A stretch of DNA of 64,000 nucleotides from Octopus vulgaris (GCA_951406725.2 OX597815.1:12028001-12092000), one strand, 5' to 3'; shown: positions 1 through 12,885, counted from the stretch's first letter. Notes: a model not told the origin generated them from the letters alone. Numbers and translations: made by a program.

Positions 1-135
1 GATTTCGGATTAGCGCTTGCTCCCATTCTAGTGGGCTTTTCAAATCAAATCAGTTGTGGGAAGTTTGAACATTTTATAGTTTTGTAGTAGTGGGTGAGGA
101 GGAAGTGAGACAGAGAAAAAATGTGTGTATGTGTA

Positions 136-167
<32 letters not shown>

Positions 168-554
168 TGTGCGTGTGTGTGTGTGTGCGCGTTTATATCT
201 GAGAGTGGAGAAGTGTTATTTCCGTTGGTCTACTGAACCGCCTGTGTGTGTGTGTGTGCGCGTTTATATCTGAGAGTGAAGAAGTGTTATTTCCGTTGGT
301 CTACTGGACCGCCTGTGGTCCAGTAGACCAACGGAAATAACACTTCTTCACTCTCAGATATAAACGCGCACACACACACACACACACACGCACACACACA
401 TATACACACACACACACACATACACATACACACATTTTTTCTCTGTCTCACTCCTCCTCACCCACTACTACAAAACTATAAAATGTACAAACTTCCCACA
501 ACTGATTTTATTTGAAAAGCCCACTAGAATGGGAGCAAGCGCTAATCCGAAATC
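1..554. repeat. Long palindrome (foldback) with an internal ~65 bp direct duplication; PLE-type inverted terminal structure
   Basis: 1-120 is the near-exact reverse complement of ~436-554. Inner arms 250-310 and 317-375 flank a 6-nt spacer (gcctgt). 181-245 is directly repeated at ~252-316. The left arm may extend past the window edge. Confidence 0.9.
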
Positions 555-654
555 CGAATGATATGATATGATATATATGTAAAAAATGTAATATATAAAT
601 AAATATCTACAAATATGAGCCATCTGATCTGATTACCTCAATTTTTCTAATATA

Positions 655-1620
655 TACACACTCACACAAACATACACACACACATACTTACACACACACT
701 CACCTGCACGCGCACACACATGCATGACAAACACCCATACACTCACACTCACATACGCACACACCAACATAAACACGCACACGCACACACACACCTACAC
801 TCCCACACACATACACACGCACCTACATACACACACGCACGCATACACACGCATACACACATACATTACACACGTACACACACACCTACATACACATGCA
901 TACACACACACACAACATGCACGGACACACCCAGACATGCACACATACACCTATATACACACGCCCACACACCTACATACACACACATATACGCACGCCC
1001 ACACACCTACATACACACACATACATACACACACATACACGGACACACCCATACATACTTACATACATACACCTATACACACACGCCTACACACCTACAT
1101 ACACACACATGCATACACACACACATGTACGCACTAACACACACATATACGCACATACATATATACCCACACACATGCACACACACACACACATACGCAC
1201 ATGCATGCATGCATGCACACGCGCACACCTACACGCATACACACACACACACACACGCACGTACACATACATACATACATACACACACGCATACATACAC
1301 CCATACACATACATGCATCCTACACACACATACATACACACTCACACATGCATACACACACACACACTCACTCACACACCAGTATGTACGCGCACACACA
1401 TGCACATACACACACTTCCCCTCACCCACACGTACATACATACACACTCATACACATACACACACACACACACACACGGACATACATCTATGCACACACA
1501 TACATACACACATACTCACATACATTCATCGGACACACTGCCACCCAGACATACACACAGACACACTCACACATCCACACACATACATACTTACGCGCAT
1601 ACTCGCAGGCGCGCGCACAC
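655..1620. repeat. Degenerate (CA)n/(CATA)n microsatellite field
   Basis: Seen directly. It is the source of the His/Thr-rich ORFs 720..1841, 896..1885 and 1201..2016. Confidence 0.95.
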
Positions 1621-2159
1621 ACGCGCTTGCGCCGGTTCGCGCACGCATACGCGCCGCATGCACCTCGCTCTTGGACCCGACGAGACCTCCCGCCCGTTCC
1701 TGGGACCGTCGCGTGTCGTTGGGTTTTCCCACGCCCGTCTCCGCGGGACCACTCTTCCATCTTCCCCTCAGCTGGAGTCCTTTTTCCTTACCCCCCCTTT
1801 TTCGTCACACACACGCGCACACATATACACACATTGCTTAAATATATACATTACTCTTACACACATTCAATCTACTCGCCATTAATACCACCACGACACT
1901 GGACACACACACACACTACTACTCAACACACGCTGGCACGCTACATACGCCCCCACCCCTTCCCCTCCCTCCCTTCCTCCTTCCTTCTTTTTCTTACTAC
2001 TGACCTTGTCTGCTAAGCTGACCACTGTCTCGCCCTACCTCACACGCCTACACACAGACGCACACACTAACACATACATATAATTTTTGTTTTTTTATCT
2101 CGCCTCACACACACACACATACACACACGCACACGCACACACTCACACATACACACACA

Positions 2160-2447
2160 TCTGTTGCGTTACCAACCTTGTCTCCACTCTTTTGCCTTTA
2201 AAAACCTACTTTGCTCTTGTTATCGTAAACATCCGCCTTTCACCATGTGCAACTCGTAAACACCAGTGGTTTTTTTTTTCTCTATCCCGCTCTGGGATCT
2301 TTCTTTCCTCTCTCTTCCTTCTTTATGTTTCCGACGAAGAGCTCCGCTCGAAACGTCATACCTCCCTGCTTCCATTTCCTGAGCGCCTATTAATAATAAT
2401 ACTGTAATTGTTCCATTGTTGTTGTTTTTTTGTTTCCCGTTTGGATT

Positions 2448-2452
<5 letters not shown>
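2160..2452 (+). mobile_element. 3' end (pLTR-like) of a Penelope-like element carrying a minimal hammerhead; copy 1
   Basis: Similar to 7505-7727 (tatgtttccgacgaagagctccgctcgaaacgt...tttcctgagcg...gtttggattaa). Ends directly in (TA)n. Confidence 0.6.
2327..2361 (+). ncRNA. Minimal type-I hammerhead-like motif, U4C core variant
   Basis: gttt CCGACGA a GAGC tcc GCTC GAAA cg TC atac. Stem II is GAGC/GCTC, stem III is the self-complementary ACGU, and stem I gttt/atac has one mismatch. Confidence 0.6.
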
Positions 2453-2503
<51 letters not shown>

Positions 2504-3032
2504 ACATATATGTGTGTGTGTGTATGTATGTATACTCATGTTTATCTGTACATGTATGTAACATCGCTATGAAAGTAGGTCCCATAGAGAAGCAACTTTT
2601 TATTGGTAGGCTGGATGATCGAACTGACTCATTTCTCTATCCTCTCACATCGATATTCACTTATTTTCCTTGATACGAGGGAAAAAGGTGACCCTCCATG
2701 GATGGGGCATTATTCAGCAACGATTATAGGGCTCTAACAGCAATCATATATATTCATTTGCCCTGTTGTTTGTTTACATTTCTGACACTCATTCAGAATA
2801 TCTAATAGTCACACAGTGCCACGTTTATTGATAATTCTTTTGATTTCTAATATATGGGTAACGTTATAACCTCGGCAAACATACTACAAAAGAACACATG
2901 TAATTGAAAGAGATATATAGGGATATACGTACATATGCTTAAGTGCGTACTTCTGCAAGGTTCCGTAGATATACAGATATACAGATATACACAGGTGAAA
3001 GGGGAAAATGCAGCTGATATATACACACACAC

Positions 3033-3063
<31 letters not shown>

Positions 3064-3148
3064 CATGCATACATACATACATATACACACACATACACGC
3101 ACACACACACACACACTCATATATATATATATATATACTATATATATT

Positions 3149-3238
<90 letters not shown>

Positions 3239-4119
3239 TATGTATATATATATATATATATATCACTCACACACATACATATATGTATACACACATATAC
3301 ATATATATGTGTGTATATATATATGTATCTACATAACTCTGAAGCGTTTATGTATGCGCATGTGTACACTATCGACTTAGCTTATTTGCTTAGATTTAAT
3401 ATTTTTCCTGTGTATACGGAAGCTTCTCATACTGTTCCCCACTCTTAAAATCTCACTCACACACACACACGCAATCATACACACACACAAACACACAGAA
3501 GTACACGCACGCACACACAGACACACCGATGTGTATTTGGCGTGTGTGCTGTATGATCACTATGTTCTGTGTGCCTCTATATAATGTCACTCTTTGTCTC
3601 TGTATAACTCTGTGTGTGTATGTGTGTGTGTGTATGTGAATATGCTGGTGAGTGTGTGCATATGTATGAAACGGCGTAAACCTATTGCGCACCTGTGTCT
3701 TAGCACACCAAGAAACCACCGCAACTTATATCGTTGTGTGCCTCTCCGTGTGTATGTGTGTATGTGTGTGTGTGTGTGTGTGTGTATGTGTGTGTGTGTT
3801 GTGTCTGCATGTGTGTGTGATAGTGTGTGTGAGTGAGTGTGTGTTTGCGTGAATTTGGATTAGCGTGTGCGACTGTGCTTTTGTGTCCCTATTTTGTGTG
3901 CGGGCATGTGTGTGCATCTGTGAATATACATACCTGTATAGTAACACACGAGCAGAAACATGAACATCTACAGGTAGTCTTATACGTTGACAGGCTGATA
4001 TTTGTAAACGAAAAAATTATGATTATAGAGCAAGAAGCATACGAAGGAATTTGCTGTCTTTGATACTCACATGAATACACAAGCATATGCATTCCTGTGA
4101 ATATATATATATATATATG

Positions 4120-4175
<56 letters not shown>

Positions 4176-4218
4176 TATATACACATACATACATACATAT
4201 ATATATATATCTACATAC

Positions 4219-4257
<39 letters not shown>

Positions 4258-4291
4258 CATACATATATATATATATATACACATACATACG

Positions 4292-4329
<38 letters not shown>

Positions 4330-4496
4330 TATATATATTTGATTGTGTGTGTATGTGTTCGTGTGTTGTGTGAATTTGTGTGTATGTATACATTATACAT
4401 GTATATATATATGCATTAACACTGTTTTTCTTTTTTTCTTTTCCAGAGAGGTGTTTATCCATCAAAGACTCCCACACACACACACACATATGTATG

Positions 4497-4527
<31 letters not shown>

Positions 4528-4906
4528 ATATGTGTGCGTGTATATGCGTAAATGTCATACTGCGTGAATCGCTATTCAGATATATCTCGTTTCCACACTA
4601 CTGATTGCTAGCAGTGAAAAGCTTCTTATTAAAATCTAAAGAAGATTGCGAATGTCATGTGAATGAAGCCACACAGCTGAAGGCTCCGCATTAATTACTA
4701 GCATATCGATACAACATGGATAATAAATATGTATATATAGCGAGTTATACTAATACATATTGCATATGTCTATGTATGTATGTATGTATGTATGTGAATG
4801 TTTCTATGTGTGCTCGCGCGATATATATATAGATATTTTAATTACATTGCCTCAGTGTGAATGTTTGTTGGTTCCATCACTCATTTTAGGCAACTTGTTA
4901 TGAGAA

Positions 4907-4952
4907 ACTAATCAGATAAGTTTCGCCATATACAGTTCATCAGGATACAGTT
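4907..4952 (-). ncRNA. Degenerate minimal hammerhead-like motif
   Basis: Minus strand: actgtatc CTGATGA actgt at atggc GAAA ctta TC tgattagt. The core is canonical but stems I and II are imperfect. Confidence 0.4.
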
Positions 4953-5611
4953 GACACTCATTTAAATAAGGAACACTTTTCGACATTGATCAGTTATAAT
5001 TACTTATTTCCTTAGTCCTCTACCACAGGTGAATCTCATGTGTTTTGAAAACACATTGCCTTAAGGGAAGAAATCTCGGATAACGATTAACAATACGGAA
5101 CAACGGTGATCTGGCATTCACGTTCAAATCTGCCACAACTTATTAAGAATGAATAGATATGCCATTGTTTGGCTTTTCGATTTTCGACATGCATTCGTTG
5201 AATTGTGAAGATTATACATGTTTGTATGTGCATGCGTTTATCCCTTTCATTCTTTCTCACTTTCTCTATGTAAAATTACCATTCACACACGGATACGCAC
5301 ACACATATATGTGTGTTTGATATAGGCTTGCTCTGTATCGCCTTATCAGCTTTCTTTCTGTCTTTCTTTCTTTCTTTTATTCTTTCTTCCTTTCTTTCTT
5401 TTTTTCCTTCTTTCTTTCTTTCTTTTGTTCTCTCTCTCTCTCTCTCTCACTTACTCTATCTGTCAGTCTTTCTGTCTATGTAAGTGTGTTTATGAATCTG
5501 CAGATATGTGTGTATTCGTGTGTATAAGATCCCGCGTAAACCGGTTGTTGCTATATGTAGTGTCTGCCCTACATGCACGCATTCTCTAGGCTCTTTTCTC
5601 TTAATTTAAGT

Positions 5612-5805
5612 TTCAGATATTGGCTCAAGACCAGCCAGGTCTGTGGAAGATTTGAGTCGATCACATCGATCCCAGTATTCAACTATTATTTATATCATCA
5701 ACCCTCAAGTGATGGAATGCGGAATTAAAACGCAAAAGGTGGAGACGGATGAGAGGCCGATAAGAAATTTGACCGATGCGCTTACGTTTCTGCTAGCTCA
5801 CCGCT
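5612..5805 (-). mobile_element. Degenerate SINE (family B-related)
   Basis: gtcgatcacatcgatcccagt...cttacgtttctgctagctcaccgc resembles the better copies at 58920 and 59250. Confidence 0.65.
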
Positions 5806-6059
5806 CTCTGTTCGCTTAATATTAAATGCCATTTTGCAAGAACCGGTATTTCAGTTTTCCCCATTATCCATCTTCCCAATGCAAGCTAACAAACTTGTAA
5901 TTCGCAATTTCTAGCCCAGCCACCATGACTGAAACATATAAAAGTCACAAAAGAAGAAACGAAAACTACAAAAACAAAAAAATCCATCAAATTTGACAAC
6001 TGTACATTGTCATTGTTTTTATATTTACAGATTGCGAAAAAATATTCACCTGTTTGACC

Positions 6060-6073
6060 GTTACCATGACAAC
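6060..6073. promoter_or_regulatory. RFX X-box-like site
   Basis: GTTACCATGACAAC matches the GTTNCCATRRYAAC-type X-box and lies in non-repetitive sequence. Motif match only. Confidence 0.3.
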
Positions 6074-6344
6074 TATATTAAAATGTATAGTATTACGCAG
6101 CATTGCATCTATTATCACAATCATTACCACTTGCTAGATTGACGTTGCACAGCACACTCATACGAGGAGAGCCCACACACTAACAAATTAAACTTACGTA
6201 TTGTTATTTGCTTCTATTCATAAAGACAAAAAAGAAATGTTACATACCGACTTGTCAACAGAATAACGCTTCGAGCCACTTCTCACGAAGGAAAACAAGC
6301 AATCTTTTACACAACCTACTAAGCAAAACTAACTTTCCCATCTG

Positions 6345-6407
<63 letters not shown>

Positions 6408-6640
6408 AAGAGAGAGAGAGAGGAAGAGAGAGAGAAAGAGAGATAGTGGGGAGAGAGAAGCAGAGAGAGAGAGAGAAGAGAGAGAAAGAGAGAGAGAGAA
6501 GCAAAGAGGGAGAGAGAGAGGAGAGAGAGAAATAGATAGATAATGTATGTATATAATGTATGTATCTATTTCTCTCTCCTCTCTCCGCATTTATTATATT
6601 TATTATATTATATATATGCACATATATGTGTATGAATACG

Positions 6641-6725
<85 letters not shown>

Positions 6726-7419
6726 AATATAATAAATACGGAACGTAATTTCTGTGTGTCAGTGTGTCACACTTTGACCTCCCTCTCACTATTCAATGAC
6801 ACTTCCTCGTGCTTGGGTGAGAGTAGTAGTAAGCATGGAGACGGTGATGGTGGTGGTTATGAGAGTGAGAGAGAGTGGCGAGGAGAACAAGAGAGACAAA
6901 GAGAATTAGATGGAGTTCCTGATGTGTTATTAAGACGAGTAGTGTTGATGGTGGCAATAGGAGTAGTAATAAGAGAGGGAGAAAGAGTGGGTGTGTGAGA
7001 AGAAGAGGGAGATGATGTACAATTTTCTTGGACAGAAATTCCTGTGGTCAGCATAGTGAAACCACTACTGGATATTATCATTTGTTTATTTTTTTTTTTT
7101 TCCTTTCTTTTCGCCGTCGCTACCAGTTTTTACATCCAAATTTTCATATACACACACATACATAAAATGTACTATAATTGAAATACAGTTTCCCCAAAAT
7201 TAAACATATTTAATATACTAAATGTGAATGTCAGAGTCACACTTTTTCAACTTTATTCCTAGAGGCCATAACCCAGCATTTTAGAATGAGACTGACTCTA
7301 CGAATAAATTAAAAACATTCCGGGCGGAATCCGGACCTGCAATGCTGAAATTTGTTATTCCTATATTCTCATTACTGCGATTCTTTTCGGCGATTTTCTT
7401 TTTTACATGGTTTTTAGCA

Positions 7420-7505
7420 ACGATACACGATCATCATTGGGATATGACTCTAGAGGAAGCAATTGCAACAAAATCTCAAAAACAAGTCAGAGATCTGTTT
7501 GCAGA
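7420..7505 (+). mobile_element. Helitron Rep/helicase fragment
   Basis: Translates HDHHWDMTLEEAIATKSQKQVRDLFA, resembling the DDxxWxxTLxEA...xLRxLFA block upstream of the Helitron helicase. A Helitron-like 5' end (tctaatataataaat) occurs at ~6723. Confidence 0.6.
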
Positions 7506-7723
7506 TCTTCCCATCTTAAAAGCTAGCGTAATGTGACCGCGTGTGTACCGTTGCCGATTATTTTTCCTCTGTCTTCCCTTCTCTGGATTTTTCCTTCTCC
7601 TATGTTTCCGACGAAGAGCTCCGCTCGAAACGTTGAGCCATCCTTCTTTCCTGAGCGTCCATTAATACTATATTTGTTCCACGTCCTCGGGTTGTTGTGT
7701 TTGTTGTGCTTTCTTGTTTGGAT

Positions 7724-7727
<4 letters not shown>
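7505..7727 (+). mobile_element. 3' end of a Penelope-like element with minimal hammerhead; copy 2
   Basis: Homologous to 2160-2452 and ends in (TA)n. Confidence 0.6.
7604..7638 (+). ncRNA. Minimal type-I hammerhead-like motif, U4C core variant
   Basis: gttt CCGACGA a GAGC tcc GCTC GAAA cg TT gagc. Stem I gttt/gagc pairs fully with two G-U wobbles. Confidence 0.62.
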
Positions 7728-7768
<41 letters not shown>

Positions 7769-7771
<3 letters not shown>

Positions 7772-7880
7772 GGCCTGCTCGCTTAGCCAGCGGGGTGGCG
7801 TCATTCGAATGCTAAAACAATGCGAACGCATTGTGATCAGTGATGTGTAGCAACATCTGATAGCCTGGTCAGTCACGTGA
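7769..7880. mobile_element. ~115 bp unclassified repeat embedded in (TA)n; copy 1
   Basis: Closely similar to 15221-15339. Has an internal hairpin acaatgcg-aa-cgcattgt and ends in TCACGTGA. Confidence 0.75.
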
Positions 7881-7905
7881 TATATATATATATATGAACG
7901 TGTAT

Positions 7906-8140
7906 ATCTTTTATCTTTTACATGCTTCAGTCATTAAACTGCGGCCATGATTGGGCACCGCCATCAATTTTTAGTCAGATGAATCGACCCCAGTACTTAT
8001 ATTTTAATCCTGATACTTATTCTATCAGCCTCTTTTGCCAAACCACAAAGTTACGGAGTTACGGGAACGTAAACACACCAATACCGGTTGTCAAGTGCTA
8101 ACGTGCTGAGGGACGAAGTCAGACACAAAGACACACATAA
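7906..8140 (-). mobile_element. SINE family A, 3' half
   Basis: Reverse complement matches the tail of the full copy at 56416-56827. Confidence 0.8.
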
Positions 8141-8155
8141 ATATGTATACATTCA

Positions 8156-8186
<31 letters not shown>

Positions 8187-8199
8187 CACACACGTGTGT

Positions 8200-8452
8200 T
8201 TTTATTGTTTATGTGTGTATCTCTTTGCGTCTATGTTTATCTCCCCATCATTGTTTGACGACCGCTGCTGATATGTTTACGTACTCGTAACCTGTCGGTT
8301 CGGCAAAAGGAACGTGAAAATAACTACTAGGCAGACAAAGACTAATTCCTTGACTCGATATATTCAACTTAAAAATAAAAAAAAAATTAAGGTGGTGCTG
8401 CAACAGGGCGACAGTCAAAATAACTAAAACATGTAAAAGAAAAGAATAAAAT
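8200..8452 (+). mobile_element. SINE family A, degenerate 3' half
   Basis: gtcggttcggcaaaag...ggtggtgctgcaacagggcgacagtcaaaataactaaaacatgtaaaag. Confidence 0.7.
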
Positions 8453-9454
8453 AATAAGTACACAATTATATTTTTATATGTGTAGAAACTTGCAGTTTAA
8501 GATACGGATACAGATAATCCATACCTCACCCACCATTGTAAGAGATAACAATATCCTAAGGCTGACGGTTGAAGGAGATGACATAATTCTATATATATAT
8601 ATATAAATTGTGACAAATAACCTCCCCACTTCTTTCTCTTACATTTTTTTTCTTTTTACTATCCTCATTTCTTTAATTACTTTGGCGGTTGATGTATTTT
8701 ACTTCGAAGACGATGGCAAATCTCTCACTCGAGTTGACTGAAACCTGAGCGTACCAAATGCAATTAGAATTAGCTGCTAGCCTGTAATGCCCAAACAAGT
8801 GTTTAAAAATCTGATATTCATGCCTTTTATATACATCTATACACACACACGAGCACGAGCACATATACATACGCGCACACGCATTAGTGTTTGCCAAAAA
8901 CAAACGGGATTCTGGCTGATGGATACTCTTTTACTCCTTTTTTTCCATTTTGCAGTTATTTCTCTTTTTTCAAATATTTGCTTGTGTATGTGTGTGTAAT
9001 TGTCTGCTTATCTGCGCGTGCATATGCATCTCTGTGTGTGTAAACATTTATATTCTGAGAAGGCATTTAATTTTTATTGAATGCATAAAAAAATTGTTTT
9101 AGTTTCTTTGTGATTGCACGGAAATTGACTAAAGTCCCGCACCAAAGCATTTTATGTCTTTTGCCAATGTTTGGAATAAAATATTCTAAGACGGCAAAAC
9201 TGAATTTTATTCTTTATTTTGCGTACATTAATTTCTGCGATACAAATTTTCCATCAACGCAGCCTCTACGTCCGACGTCAATGAGAGTGAGAAGTTTAAA
9301 GTTTTCAAGTAGATTACAAGCAACAAAAGTGGCAATGTTAGGAAGATGAATATATGTAACCTAATGTAAAATAGGTTGTTAGCTAACCTCCAACAATTAA
9401 TTAATATGGTACATATGAGGGCATAATTATTGTTGCAAGTGACTGTTATCAGTA

Positions 9455-9802
9455 TGCTTACGAACCACATGCTTCCGAGTTCAGTCCCATTACGTGGCAC
9501 CTTGGGCAAGTGACTTCTACTATAGCCTCGGGCCGACCAATGCGTGTGAGTGGATTTGGTAGACGGAAACTGAAAGAAACCCGTGGTATATATGTACATA
9601 TGTATGTGTGTGTGTACATATGTTTGTGTGTCTGTGTTTAACTTAGGGGTTCGGCAAAAGAGAAATTTAGAATAAATACTAGGCTTACAAAGAGTAAGTC
9701 ATGGGGTCGATTTGCTCGACTACAGGCCATGGTCGAGCATGTCCACAGTCAAATGACTGAAACAAATAGAAGAGTAAAAGAGTAAAAGAGTAAAGAGTAA
9801 AA
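9455..9802 (+). mobile_element. SINE family A, 5'-truncated
   Basis: gagttcagtccc...ggcaccttgggcaagt...gatttggtagacggaaactgaaagaa, ending in a (gagtaaaa)n tail. Confidence 0.88.
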
Positions 9803-9954
9803 TGTATAACGAAATGTTCATTTTAAATAGTTGCAACAACTCTATAACAGTCTGTCTGTCTATCGCTCTCTAAAACACATACCGATACAATTACAAATGT
9901 ACACACTATCTAACTAACGCAGTGTGCTTATGAATACATGTCCACACAAAGTCA

Positions 9955-10338
9955 TCTCTCTCTATATAAACGGCAGTTTGTCTGTGCGTGTTTCTGTGTG
10001 TCTGTTTTCTCGTACCCTCACTCTGACCACGGCTTTCAACCGATTCTGATGAAACTTGACACACACATAGCCCAATGTCATAATTCAAAACTAACGCAGC
10101 GAAAATTTTGAAAAGTTCCCCCAGTTCTGAAAAAAATCGATAAATTCGACATGGGGTCGAGAATTAGAAACCCAAACCACAGACCGTCTAGGGGACGCAA
10201 CTCTACCTTTTTTAACTCTCAAAAAAATTTACCATCATTTTTTCCCCATTTTTTTGCTATTTTTTGGCTATAACTCTCTAAAAATGCTTTATAGTTATTT
10301 CCCTTACAAACCTGAGCAACGCCGGGTGATACTGCTAG
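9955..10338 (+). mobile_element. Non-autonomous Helitron
   Basis: Has a 5' TC and a 3' GC-rich hairpin (cctgagcaacgccggg) followed by CTAG. It sits between host A and T with no TSD, the canonical Helitron signature. Confidence 0.8.
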
Positions 10339-10840
10339 TAAGTGATATGTTTGATATGTAGTTGATGACATGCGCCTGCATATGTGGTAGACTCATTAAG
10401 GCATTGGATGTATTGTTTTGAACTATTTCTCTGGTACTGTTGAGATGTGAGTTCAAATCTCTCAAATGATAGCTGCCTTTCCATCATTTTGAAGGCAATG
10501 AATAACATGGCATTTCAAGGCGATTTTATTGGCAGAATACTAAAGTGTCCCAGTTTTTTGTATCCGGAAAGGTTGTTTCCCTGTATGTACGATTCAAAAG
10601 GTGATAGATTTTGATCGTCTTTAGATTTCACATATGTTTCAACATATCACTCTCATATGTCTTAGGAATTATGTAGGGAGTCTTTTACACATTCGAACTC
10701 GAGGAATATATATACAAAGTGATTTTTTATGCATTGATAATATTTTCATCGGCAATAAAGTTATAATATATACATTGATGCATGCAAAATGGGATGTACA
10801 TGCATACATATTTATATACACATATACATATATATATATA

Positions 10841-11041
10841 TTTCTTTATTACCCACAAGGACAGACATAGGTATTAAATCGATTACATCGACCCCACTGC
10901 GTAACTGGTGCTTAATTTATCGACCCCGAAAGGATGAAAGGCTAAGTCGACCTCGGCGGAATTTGAACTCACAACGTAACGGCAGACGAAATACTGCAAA
11001 GCATTTCGCCCGGCGTGCTAACGCTTCTGCCAGTTCGTCGC
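10841..11041 (-). mobile_element. tRNA-derived SINE family B
   Basis: Minus strand has B-box gagttcaaattcc followed by gccgaggtcgac...tcatcctttcggggtcgataaattaag. Matches 59250-59480. Confidence 0.9.
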
Positions 11042-11164
11042 ATATACATATATATAGTTGTAATCTTACATTCATACCAATACATATTAAAACAAGAATA
11101 TATCATACAAGGTGACAAACGTACATATATATACTCCTGTACATGTGTGTGTATGGTGTGTGTA

Positions 11165-11198
<34 letters not shown>

Positions 11199-11323
11199 GG
11201 TGTGTATAAGCAAATAGGTATTTTATAAATCTATCTCTAATTATCCATCCATCATAGTGGCAATTCTCCTAAACCTCCAAAAACCAATCTATTCCTATGT
11301 TACACATACACACCTGCACACAT

Positions 11324-11358
<35 letters not shown>

Positions 11359-12519
11359 CACATACACGCACACCCACGCAAAGACACACAGACAAACGCA
11401 CGCACATGCACACACACAGACACATACTCATTAGAAAAAAAAACTCGGAAATCTATGAACATATCGCAAAGTTCAAGCTCTGTACTGCAAACCTGAGATA
11501 TAGAAGCTTGCTTATCTCTGTAATATCACTTACCAACCAACCAACCAGCCATTCAGAAATCCATCCATCTTTCTCTGTACATGTGGTTGTATGTATGCAT
11601 GCATGTGTTAGGAGGGAGTGTGTCCGTGTTGCAGTATACTCATTAAGTTTTTTCTATGTGAGTGCTTCCTTTTATAATTGAAATTAATACCCGTGCATAA
11701 CATTCGTGGATGTGTATGATGTGTGTGTCTTGTTTTCTCGTCATACGCTTTGTTTACATGCGTGTAAATTTCCATATTTTCCTACATACACGTTTGACTA
11801 TTATAGTCACTGGTTGACGATTTTAGCATTTTCTTTTTTTTTTTTTTTTTCATTTTCCAATTCATTCATCAAATATGAAAACGGTTGTGTTGTGTAATTA
11901 CATTAGGGTGAGAGGCTATGCGTTTTCTGCGCTTTTATTTTTGTTCAAGTTAATTATTACTCGAACTTTTGACATTGATAAAGTACAACTAAAATTAAGA
12001 ATTAATATGGCATTAAGAAAAATGATGACAAAGCAAATGTAAAATTATTAGCATAATTGTTAATATTTATATTCTCATAATATCATTAGGAAGATATGTG
12101 GAGTGGAAGAGTTGATGGGGATGCTAACGGTGAGCAATGAATAAATTGTATTCCTATAGGAACCTAGTTCGGATCTCGATGGCGTTCACTTTGTTGTTCG
12201 TTACTATAAAATAGTCAATCGTAATATATAGTAGACGCTTTAGTAGACTAATTTTCCAAACCAAAATGAGAATACTTTCGGGATCAATTCCATAAAGTAC
12301 GAATCATAAATTAGATCCTATTGTATCGATTAACCTCTGCATATATTTACACGGACTCCGTGAAATGGACTCCGGTGAATTTTCCGAAATTCTCCACTCC
12401 ACCTCTCCTAAAATATTCCCCACAAGATTTTATATATTCGGAATCTAATGATATAACACACTTTCGTAGAAAATTTCATTAAAATAATTCCTTTTTTTTT
12501 TTCTGCAAGTTATGAAATA

Positions 12520-12883
12520 TTGTTTGTCTTCTGTCCAAGCTTGATTTACGTGTTCGCCACCCCAACCTCGTTTAGGCTTGGCAGCTCTTCCTCTTTGTTT
12601 TCACTGTTCTGTTACAGTTACCAATTGTGACCCTCCGAAAAATCCCAAATTTAATTTAATTTGTTTTGCGGGAACAACTGTTTTGTTGAAAGCGTATATT
12701 GTTGTTAAATGCTCGAAATACGAGAGTAGAAAACATACAACAACTGATGAAGGGTTGTCTGTATGCTGTTTGTCTTGTTTTCCATTTGTGTCTTTCGTTG
12801 TTCGAAAAAATAGTTCATATTCCATGTAATCGTACTTCGTATTTTTTTATTGTACACGTTTCGTGACGTCGTGTGCCCACATA

Positions 12884-12885
<2 letters not shown>
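12520..12885 (+). mobile_element. Dispersed repeat, inverted homologue of 19675-20035; possibly a PLE 3' region
   Basis: Shares long blocks such as ccaagcttgatttacg.gttcgccac, gttaaatgctcgaaatacgagagtagaaaa and ttttccatttgtgtctttcgttgttcg. Ends in (TA)n. Confidence 0.8.

Noticed and set aside
720-2016. Long His/Thr-rich ORFs (271-373 aa)
   Set aside because: Translations of (CA)n-type repeats that are open in all three frames, with no coding signature.
6756-7081. Ser/Thr/Pro-rich frame that could be an exon
   Set aside because: Low complexity, in-frame stop, no convincing splice context, and it lies next to a Helitron-like end.
10040-10105. CTGATGA...GAAA suggesting a hammerhead
   Set aside because: It lies inside the Helitron, and no stems I, II or III can be formed.
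12660-12760. GCTC-GAAA...TA and a downstream CTGATGA in the 12520/19675 repeat
   Set aside because: The core halves are in the wrong order or unpaired, and the second copy has CTGATAA. No complete ribozyme can be drawn.
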